Assembly (NCBI RefSeq): GCF_000021865.1
Contig: NC_014034.1
Coordinates: 1,290,001 to 1,322,000, forward strand
Origin: Rhodobacter capsulatus SB 1003
Lineage (GTDB): Bacteria; Pseudomonadota; Alphaproteobacteria; Rhodobacterales; Rhodobacteraceae
Direction of reading: 5' to 3'
DNA: 32,000 nucleotides
Under the pieces are notes generated by a model. It was not told where the DNA came from. It ran no database searches and was given only the letters and a program-made list of their open reading frames with translations. Below are positions 11,140 through 17,738 of the stretch, one piece after another. Both the position numbers and the translations under genes were made by a program. The first letter of the stretch is position 1. Each line of letters starts with the position of its first letter.

Positions 11140-12378
11140 ATGACACAGCCGATGACCCAAGGGTTCCTGTCCAAAAACCCCTCGGTGCTGATCTTCCTCG
11201 GCCTTCTCGCGCTCTTCACCCTGACCGTGACCGTGCTCTCGAATGCCTACGGGCTTGACCTCGTCTCGACCTCGATGGTGAAGACGCTCGGCAAGACGCT
11301 GTGCCTGTGTCTGATCGCCCTCGCCATGGATCTGGTCTGGGGCTACATGGGGATCCTGTCGCTCGGCCATTTCGCCTTTTTCGGGCTGGGCGGTTACATG
11401 ATCGGCATGTGGCTGATGGTGGCGCGCAGCCGCGAGATCGTGCTGGCCTCGGCGCAGGGCCTGCCGATGACCCCGCAAGAGATGAGTGACGCCATCGCGG
11501 CGCAGATCTTCGGCGTCGTCGGCGCCTCGGAAATGCCCGCGATCTGGGTCCTGGCGGGATCGCTTCCGGCGCAGCTGGCGCTTGTCGTGATCGTCCCCGG
11601 GCTTCTGGCGCTCGGCTTCGGCTGGCTCGCCTTCCGCTCCCGCGTCACCGGGGTCTATCTCTCGATCCTGACCCAGGCGATGACCCTTGCCCTCGCGCTC
11701 TACCTCTTCCAGAACGACAGCGGCTTGCGCGGCAACAACGGCCTGTCGGGGCTGCAGAACATCCCGGGCCTTGACGGGGCCGGGCAGGACCGGCTCTCGG
11801 TCTGGTTCCTCTGGGCCTCGGCCCTCGCGCTCGGCCTTGGCTATCTTGCCTGCGCCGTCACCGTTTCGGGCAAGTTCGGTTCGGTGATGCGCGCGATCCG
11901 CGACGACGAGGCCCGGGTGCGCTTCCTCGGCTATCCGGTCGAGGGCTACAAGCTTTTCGTCTTCACCCTGACCGCGCTGATCGCCGCCATTGCCGGGGCG
12001 CTTTACTACCCGCAAGCGGGCATCATCAACCCGGCCGAGGTGGCACCGATCGCCTCGATCTATCTCGCCGTCTGGGTGGCGATCGGGGGGCGGGGCCGTC
12101 TTTGGGGCGCGGTGATCGGCGCGGCTTTCGTCTCGCTGGTCTCGACCTGGTTCACCGGCGGTCGCGCGCCCGACCTGCCGATGGGCTTTTACACGGTGAA
12201 ATGGGTCGATTGGTGGCAGGTGCTTCTGGGCCTCTCCTTTGTCCTTGTCACGCTTTTCGCGCCGAAGGGGCTCTCGGGGCTCGTCGATCTGCTGGCCGGT
12301 CTGCGCCCGCCCCGCCGCGGCGGGGCACCGCTGGGCCCGGATGATGGCGCGCTGATGGAACAGGAGGCCCGGCAATGA
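11140..12378 (+). CDS. urtC: urea ABC transporter permease UrtC
   Basis: 412 aa LivM-type permease (LSLGHFAFFGLGGYM...). GGAGA SD 5 nt upstream. Confidence 0.92.
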   Translation: MTQPMTQGFLSKNPSVLIFLGLLALFTLTVTVLSNAYGLDLVSTSMVKTLGKTLCLCLIALAMDLVWGYMGILSLGHFAFFGLGGYMIGMWLMVARSREIVLASAQGLPMTPQEMSDAIAAQIFGVVGASEMPAIWVLAGSLPAQLALVVIVPGLLALGFGWLAFRSRVTGVYLSILTQAMTLALALYLFQNDSGLRGNNGLSGLQNIPGLDGAGQDRLSVWFLWASALALGLGYLACAVTVSGKFGSVMRAIRDDEARVRFLGYPVEGYKLFVFTLTALIAAIAGALYYPQAGIINPAEVAPIASIYLAVWVAIGGRGRLWGAVIGAAFVSLVSTWFTGGRAPDLPMGFYTVKWVDWWQVLLGLSFVLVTLFAPKGLSGLVDLLAGLRPPRRGGAPLGPDDGALMEQEARQ

Positions 12379-13115
12379 CCGAACTGCTGGAAGTCTCGGG
12401 CATTTCCGTCACCTTCGACGGGTTCCGGGCGATCAACAACCTCAGCTTCTCCATCGGCCCGGCCGAGCTGCGCGCGGTGATCGGCCCGAATGGCGCGGGG
12501 AAAACCACCTTCATGGACATCGTCACCGGCAAGACCCGCCCCGACGAGGGCCGGGTGCTGTGGGGCGAGCGCTCGATCGACCTTCTGAAGCTCGACGAGG
12601 CGCAGATCGCCCGGCAAGGCATTGGCCGCAAGTTCCAGCGCCCGACGGTCTTCGAGGATCAGACCGTGGCGGAAAACCTGATGATGGCGCTCAAGGCGCC
12701 GCGCAGCCCCTGGCGCGTGCTGGTCTGGAAGCCGAAAGCCGCCGATCATGCGCGGGTCGCGGCGCTGGCGGCACAGGTGGGGCTTGGGGAGGCGCTGGCG
12801 CGCAAATCCGGGGAATTGTCGCACGGGCAGAAACAATGGCTCGAAATCGGCATGCTCTTGGCGCAGGAACCGCGGCTTTTGCTCGTCGATGAACCGGCGG
12901 CGGGGATGACGCTTGCGGAACGCGAGCAGACCACCGCGCTGCTCGTCGAGCTGGCGAAAACCCATGCCGTCGTGGTGGTCGAGCATGACATGGACTTCGT
13001 GCGCCGGTTGAATTGCAAGGTCACCGTGCTGCATGAAGGCGCGGTTCTGGCCGAGGGCTCGCTTGATCACGTGACCGCGAACCAGCAGGTCATCGACGTT
13101 TATCTGGGGCGCTGA
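12375..13115 (+). CDS. urtD: urea ABC transporter ATP-binding protein UrtD
   Basis: 246 aa with Walker A GPNGAGKTT, signature LSHGQKQWLEI and Walker B LLLVDEP. ATGA overlap with urtC. Confidence 0.93.
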   Translation: MTELLEVSGISVTFDGFRAINNLSFSIGPAELRAVIGPNGAGKTTFMDIVTGKTRPDEGRVLWGERSIDLLKLDEAQIARQGIGRKFQRPTVFEDQTVAENLMMALKAPRSPWRVLVWKPKAADHARVAALAAQVGLGEALARKSGELSHGQKQWLEIGMLLAQEPRLLLVDEPAAGMTLAEREQTTALLVELAKTHAVVVVEHDMDFVRRLNCKVTVLHEGAVLAEGSLDHVTANQQVIDVYLGR

Positions 13116-13117
13116 AG

Positions 13118-13813
13118 ATGCTGAAAACCGAAGGACTTACGCTGCATTACGGCGGCTCGCAGATCCTCCATGGCGTCGATATCGCGGCGCGGGCGGGCGA
13201 GGTGACCTGCATCATGGGCACCAACGGGGTCGGCAAGACCTCGCTTCTGAAGGCGATTGCGGGGACGCATCCGCGCTCGGGCGGGGGGATCACGCTCGAC
13301 GGGCAGGCGGTCGGCCGCGTGCCGCCGCAGGCGATGGCGCGGCGCGGCCTTGCCTATGTGCCGCAGGGGCGGATGATCTTTCCGCTCCTCACGGTGCGGG
13401 AAAACATGGAAACCGCCTTTGCCGTGCTGCCGCGGGCGGAACGGTTCATCCCCGACGAGATCTACGAGCTGTTTCCGATCCTGAAAGAGTTCCTGAACCG
13501 CCGCGGCGGCGATCTTTCGGGCGGGCAGCAACAGCAGCTTGCCATCGCGCGGGCGATGCTGATGAAGCCGAAACTGCTGCTTCTGGATGAACCGACCGAG
13601 GGGATCCAGCCCAACATCATTCAGCAGATTGGCCGGGTGATCAAATATCTGCGCGATACCAAGGGGATGGCGATCATTCTGGTCGAGCAGTATTTCGACT
13701 TCGCGCATGATCTGGGGGACCGCTTCTATGTGCTCAAACGCGGCGCGGTGGCGATGGAGGGCACGAAGGACAGCCTGTCCCGCGAAACCCTGCGCGCCGT
13801 GGTCAGCGTTTAG
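13118..13813 (+). CDS. urtE: urea ABC transporter ATP-binding protein UrtE
   Basis: 231 aa with Walker A GTNGVGKTS, signature LSGGQQQQLAIA and Walker B LLLLDEP (LivF-like). Confidence 0.93.
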   Translation: MLKTEGLTLHYGGSQILHGVDIAARAGEVTCIMGTNGVGKTSLLKAIAGTHPRSGGGITLDGQAVGRVPPQAMARRGLAYVPQGRMIFPLLTVRENMETAFAVLPRAERFIPDEIYELFPILKEFLNRRGGDLSGGQQQQLAIARAMLMKPKLLLLDEPTEGIQPNIIQQIGRVIKYLRDTKGMAIILVEQYFDFAHDLGDRFYVLKRGAVAMEGTKDSLSRETLRAVVSV

Positions 13814-13910
13814 GCAAGGGGGCGCTGCCTCCGGCTTCGCCTCACCCCCGGGATATTTGGGGCAAGATAAACCCCATCCTTTCACCTTGCCGCAAATATC
13901 CCGGGGGGTG
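13814..13910. repeat. REP/MITE-like intergenic repeat, locus B (inverted pair of units)
   Basis: CACCCCCGGGATATTTGGGGCAAGATAAA (13843-13871) and its near-reverse-complement TTTCACCTTGCCGCAAATATCCCGGGGGGTG (13880-13910). They are preceded by the module GCAAGGGGGCGCTGCCTCC-GGCTTCGCC (13814-13841). Confidence 0.8.
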
Positions 13911-13969
13911 AATTGGCCGCCAAGATGGGGGGCCCCCCTTTTCGGGGCGGGCCGCAGGGCCGCACCCTG

Positions 13970-15184
13970 TCAGCGCATCCCCAAGCCCGCCCGCATCAGG
14001 GTCTTGCGCACCGGCTTGAACGCATAAAGCGCGCCGAGCGCCGCGGCGCGCAGATCGCGCAGCGGCCGCGGCTCCACCATCGAGGCGCGGTTGAGGAAAT
14101 CGATCCCCACCTCGCGCGCCTTCACCTCGGGCCAGCGGCGGCGGTTGTAGGTCGCCAGCATCGCCGCACTGCCCAGATGCGCCGGGTCCTTTTCCGCCAG
14201 ATCCAGCAGGCAGCGCAGATCGGCCAGGCTCATGTTCAGCCCCTGCGCGCCGATGGGCGGGATCACATGCGCGGCCTCGGCGATCAGCGCGACGCGTTCG
14301 GCCGAGAAGCGGCAGGCGATCTGCGTGATCATCGGCCAAAGCGCGCGCCGGGTGACCAGCGTCAGCGGCCCCAGCACCCCGGTCGAGCGTTCGGTCATCT
14401 CGCGTTCGAAATCGGCCGGGGCGAGGGCGGCGAGCCGTTCCGCCTCGGGGCCGCGTTCCATCCAGACGATCGCCGAAGAGGGCTTGCCGTCGCGGTCGGG
14501 CAGCGGGACGAGCGTGAACGGCCCGCCCGAGCGGTGCACCTCGGTCGAGACATTGCCATGCGGGCTGGGGTGGGTGACCGCGCAGACCAGCGCCTTTTGC
14601 CCGTAATGCGTTGTTTTCGTGCCGATCCCGGCGGCCTCGCGGACAAAGGAATTGCGCCCGTCGGCGCCGATCACCAGTTTCGCCGTGACCAGCGTGCCAT
14701 CCGAGAGCCGCACCTCGGCGCCGCTTTCGCGGGTCACAAGACCCACCGTCGCCACGCCGGGGCGGAAATCGACGAGCGGGATCTCGGTCAGACGCGCCAC
14801 CATTTCCCGGCGCAGAAGCCAGTTCGGAAAGTTCCAGCCGAAGGGCTCGTCCGAGATGTCGGCGGCGTCGAAATCGCGCACGATCCGCGCCTCGGGCCGG
14901 GCGCCGCCCGCGTCGATGATCCGCATCACCTGCAGCGGGGCCGCATGCGGCGCCAGCCGCGCCCAAAGCCCGGCCCGGTCCAGCACCGCGCGCGAGGGAT
15001 GCAGAAAGGCGGTCGTGCGCATGTCGGCGCCCGCATCGCCCTCTGACGTCACCGGCGGTTCGGGATCGACGCAGATCGTGGTGAACCCGGCCGAGCCGAA
15101 GGCGGCGGCGGCCACAAGCCCCGCGACGCCCCCCCCGGAAATCAGGATGTCGGTCGAAAGACGCGGTGCGGCGGTCTCGGTCAT
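13970..15184 (-). CDS. FAD-dependent monooxygenase, UbiH/UbiF/VisC/COQ6 family
   Basis: 404 aa with an N-terminal dinucleotide fold DILISGGGVAGLVAAAAF, plus LVIGADGRNSFVR and AEAAHVIPPIGAQGLN motifs typical of ubiquinone-biosynthesis hydroxylases. GGGGAGAG SD. Confidence 0.85.
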   Translation of the reverse strand: MTETAAPRLSTDILISGGGVAGLVAAAAFGSAGFTTICVDPEPPVTSEGDAGADMRTTAFLHPSRAVLDRAGLWARLAPHAAPLQVMRIIDAGGARPEARIVRDFDAADISDEPFGWNFPNWLLRREMVARLTEIPLVDFRPGVATVGLVTRESGAEVRLSDGTLVTAKLVIGADGRNSFVREAAGIGTKTTHYGQKALVCAVTHPSPHGNVSTEVHRSGGPFTLVPLPDRDGKPSSAIVWMERGPEAERLAALAPADFEREMTERSTGVLGPLTLVTRRALWPMITQIACRFSAERVALIAEAAHVIPPIGAQGLNMSLADLRCLLDLAEKDPAHLGSAAMLATYNRRRWPEVKAREVGIDFLNRASMVEPRPLRDLRAAALGALYAFKPVRKTLMRAGLGMR

Positions 15185-15259
15185 GGCGCTCTCCCCTGAG
15201 GTCTGGCCTCAAGATGGCACAAGCTGGACCGGTTTCAACCGTCCGCGCCGCAAATCCTG

Positions 15260-15442
15260 TCACGCCATCGAGATGACGACGAGCATGCCCAGCATGACGA
15301 AGCTCATCAGGACGAACCAGAGGATCACCCCGCCAAGGCCGCCGAGCACGAAGCCCGCGACGGCACCGGCGATGAAGAGCGCCGCGGCGAGAAACAGGAA
15401 AAGCGTAGCGCCGACAGGGGACGTCGGGGTTGCAGTGCTCAT
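15260..15442 (-). CDS. small two-helix membrane protein, paralog 1 (60 aa)
   Basis: MSTATPTSPVGATLFLFLAAALFIAGAVAGFVLGGLGGVILWFVLMSFVMLGMLVVISMA. GGAGGG SD. Shares its architecture and a GGLGG hinge with the two genes upstream. Confidence 0.55.
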   Translation of the reverse strand: MSTATPTSPVGATLFLFLAAALFIAGAVAGFVLGGLGGVILWFVLMSFVMLGMLVVISMA

Positions 15443-15582
15443 GGTCGATCCCTCCGGATTGATTGGCCGTTGCGGAAATCAGGCCATCGACGCGGCGGAT
15501 CGCCCAGACCGCATTTCGCCGCAGCGGGGATCGGGCCGGGATCGGGCCGGGGCCGCGGGATCACCGGGCCCCGGGGCGGGGG

Positions 15583-15765
15583 TCAGTTCCGGGCGCTGAT
15601 CGCCATCGTCACCATCACGACGGCGGTCAGGCCGACGCCGCAGGTGATCAGCCCGCCAAGGCCGCCGATCAGATAGGAGGCGACGATCACCGCAAAGATC
15701 GCGACGGCGATCAGATAGAGGGTGAGGGCGGCGCCGGTGTCATTGGAGGGTTGGGTCGTGCTCAT
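15583..15765 (-). CDS. small two-helix membrane protein, paralog 2 (60 aa)
   Basis: Internal ATG of the 195-aa track ORF: MSTTQPSNDTGAALTLYLIAVAIFAVIVASYLIGGLGGLITCGVGLTAVVMVTMAISARN. AAAGGA SD upstream. Confidence 0.55.
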   Translation of the reverse strand: MSTTQPSNDTGAALTLYLIAVAIFAVIVASYLIGGLGGLITCGVGLTAVVMVTMAISARN

Positions 15766-15861
15766 GAGGGGTCCTTTCGCCGGGGAAGGGCGGTTGCGAG
15801 TCGAACCCCGGGAAAATCTGCCCGATGCAAGCAAGAAACGAGCCAACAAATGGTCGCAGAG

Positions 15862-15891
15862 ACAAAAGGCCCGGGCTGCGACCCGGGCCTT
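15862..15891 (-). terminator. rho-independent terminator after paralog 3
   Basis: On the minus strand, AAGGCCCGGG-TCGCAG-CCCGGGCCTT is followed by TTTGTCTC. Confidence 0.65.
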
Positions 15892-15914
15892 GGTGCGGTG
15901 CGAGTTGGAGGGGC

Positions 15915-16133
15915 TCAGCCACCCGCGGTCATCACGACAAGCAGTGCCAGCATGAACCAGGTCGCGCCGACGCCACACAGGATCAGCCCGCCCAGACCCA
16001 TCGTCGCCACCGCAACGGCGACAATCCCGATCACCACGGCCGCGATCAGATACATGGCAAGGGTGTAATCCTTTTTCTCGGCGTGGCCGTGATCGGAACC
16101 CGAGAAAGCGCCGTCGGCGGTGGTCATGGTCAT
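15915..16133 (-). CDS. small two-helix membrane protein, paralog 3 (72 aa from ATG 16133)
   Basis: MTMTTADGAFSGSDHGHAEKKDYTLAMYLIAAVVIGIVAVAVATMGLGGLILCGVGATWFMLALLVVMTAGG. GGGAGA SD 7 nt upstream of 16133. Longer alternatives start at 16154 or 16211. Confidence 0.5.
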   Translation of the reverse strand: MTMTTADGAFSGSDHGHAEKKDYTLAMYLIAAVVIGIVAVAVATMGLGGLILCGVGATWFMLALLVVMTAGG

Positions 16134-16183
16134 GCTGCTGTCTCCCGAGGCCATCCCCCAGGACGGCCAATTCTGCATACGCT

Positions 16184-16211
16184 TGTATACGAGCGCGCAG
16201 AGTCGCGTCAA
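16184..16211 (-). promoter_or_regulatory. candidate sigma-70-like promoter for paralog 3 (TTGACG-N16-TATACA)
   Basis: Minus-strand hexamers at 16211-16206 and 16189-16184. Pattern match only. If real, it excludes the 16211 start. Confidence 0.3.
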
Positions 16212-16278
16212 GTTGTCGCGCGGGACAGGGTTAGAATTATTTTAACCCGACCTGTCCCGAGAGCGAGACAGCGGGCCC

Positions 16279-16938
16279 TCAGTGATGGCGCGCGGCACGC
16301 AGGCTGCGCAGGAAGCGCGGCAGGTCGGCGGTATGGTGCTGGATATGGGGGGCGGGGGCGGGGTGCTCTGCCACATGTATGGTGCGCATGCCCAGCTGAT
16401 GCGGCACGGCCAGATTGCGCGGATCGTCTTCGAACATCGCGGCGCGGGCCGGATCGACCCCGGCGCGGCCGAAGACGGTGGTAAAGGCGCGGGCGGCGGG
16501 TTTCGGATGATACTCGGCATGTTCGACGCCGAAAATGCCGTCGAACAGCCCGTCAAGCCCGCGCGCCGCCAGAACCTTTTGCGCATAGGGCGCCGAGCCG
16601 TTGGTGAAGACGATCTTCTGCCCCGGCAGATCGGCGATCGCCGCGCGCAGCTCGGGATCGGGCGTCAGCGCCGAAAAGTCGATGTCATGCACCTCGTGCA
16701 GATAGGGCGCGGGATCGACGCCATGCACCTGCATCAGCCCGGCCAGCGTGGTGCCGTGACTGCGCCAGTACTGGTCGCGCAGCCGGTCGGCCTCGGCGGC
16801 GTCAACACCCAGCGCGCGCATCACATAGGCAGTCATCCGCACTTCGATCTGATCGAAGAGCCGCGCCGAGGGCGGGTACAGCGTGTGATCAAGGTCGAAG
16901 ACCCAGTGACAGACGTGGGAAAACTCGGATGCGGGCAT
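16279..16938 (-). CDS. HAD-superfamily hydrolase, pyrimidine 5'-nucleotidase-like
   Basis: 219 aa with HAD motif I (WVFDLDHTLY), motif II (VFTNG) and a motif III/IV region (KP...FEDDPRNL). The layout matches the subfamily IA variant 3 pyrimidine nucleotidase type. Confidence 0.8.
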   Translation of the reverse strand: MPASEFSHVCHWVFDLDHTLYPPSARLFDQIEVRMTAYVMRALGVDAAEADRLRDQYWRSHGTTLAGLMQVHGVDPAPYLHEVHDIDFSALTPDPELRAAIADLPGQKIVFTNGSAPYAQKVLAARGLDGLFDGIFGVEHAEYHPKPAARAFTTVFGRAGVDPARAAMFEDDPRNLAVPHQLGMRTIHVAEHPAPAPHIQHHTADLPRFLRSLRAARHH

Positions 16939-17096
16939 GATCTCACCAGGAAGCGTCGGGCAGGTAGGGCAAAGCGTCGGATTTGCAACTGTGGCGGCTT
17001 GTCACGGCGCAAGGCTGCGCCTAATCTGCCCCCCGCTCCGAGTCCGCATACTGCGGCATACAATGGGAGCGCGGAATTGGAAAGGTCGGGATTTCG

Positions 17097-17732
17097 ATGC
17101 AGAAGGACGCCTATACGCTCATTCTCGAAGCGATCGATGCCGGGCTTTACCGACCGGGGGACCGGCTGGTCGAATCGGAACTGGCCGAGCGCTTCGGGGT
17201 GTCGCGCACGCCGGTGCGCGAGGCGATGCAACGGCTGGAGACCCAGGCGATGCTGGCGCGTGACGGGCGTTCGTTGATCGTCGCCTCGCTTGATCACAAC
17301 CAGCTGGCCGAGCTTTACGCGGTGCGCGCGGAACTCGAGGCGCTGGCGGCGCGGCTGGCGGCGAAACATGCCGCGCCCGAGGAAATCCGGGTGCTGCAGG
17401 AGATGATCGATCTGGACCGGGCGCAACAGGACGATCCGATCGCGCTGGCCCGGGCGAACAAGCGCTTTCACCGGCAGCTGCATCTGGCTTCGCACAACCG
17501 CTATCTGGTGCAGCAGCTTGACCTTGTGCATCGCTCGATGGCGCTTCTGGCGACGACCTCTCTGGCGGCCGAGGGGCGGGGGGAAAAGGCGCTTGACGAG
17601 CATCAGGCGATTGTCGATGCGATCGGCGCGGGCGATGCCGATGCGGCGGCGGGGGCGCTGCGCCATCACATTTCGCAGGCTTTCGAGACCCGGCTGAAGC
17701 TGGATGCCGAAGCCCGGACCGAACATCCCTGA
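17097..17732 (+). CDS. GntR family transcriptional regulator with an FCD ligand domain
   Basis: 211 aa with a winged HTH (LVESELAERFGVSRTPVREAMQRLE) and an FCD-type helical C-terminal domain (FHRQLHLASHN...HQAIVDAI). Confidence 0.88.
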   Translation: MQKDAYTLILEAIDAGLYRPGDRLVESELAERFGVSRTPVREAMQRLETQAMLARDGRSLIVASLDHNQLAELYAVRAELEALAARLAAKHAAPEEIRVLQEMIDLDRAQQDDPIALARANKRFHRQLHLASHNRYLVQQLDLVHRSMALLATTSLAAEGRGEKALDEHQAIVDAIGAGDADAAAGALRHHISQAFETRLKLDAEARTEHP

Positions 17733-17738
17733 GCCGGT

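Noticed and set aside
13927-13942. G6C6 palindrome followed by TTTT (GGGGGGCCCCCCTTTT) after urtE, considered as a terminator.
   Set aside because: With no loop sequence it can form only about a 4-bp stem with a 4-nt loop. It is too weak to call on its own, and the adjacent repeat-family hairpin may do the job instead.
16939-17096. Short repeats GCATAC-TGCG-GCATAC and the CCGC-N5-GCGG dyad in the HAD/GntR divergent spacer, considered as a GntR operator.
   Set aside because: The dyad arms are only 4 bp, and the sequence does not fit the usual GT-N-AC type FadR/GntR half-sites convincingly. I have no support beyond proximity.
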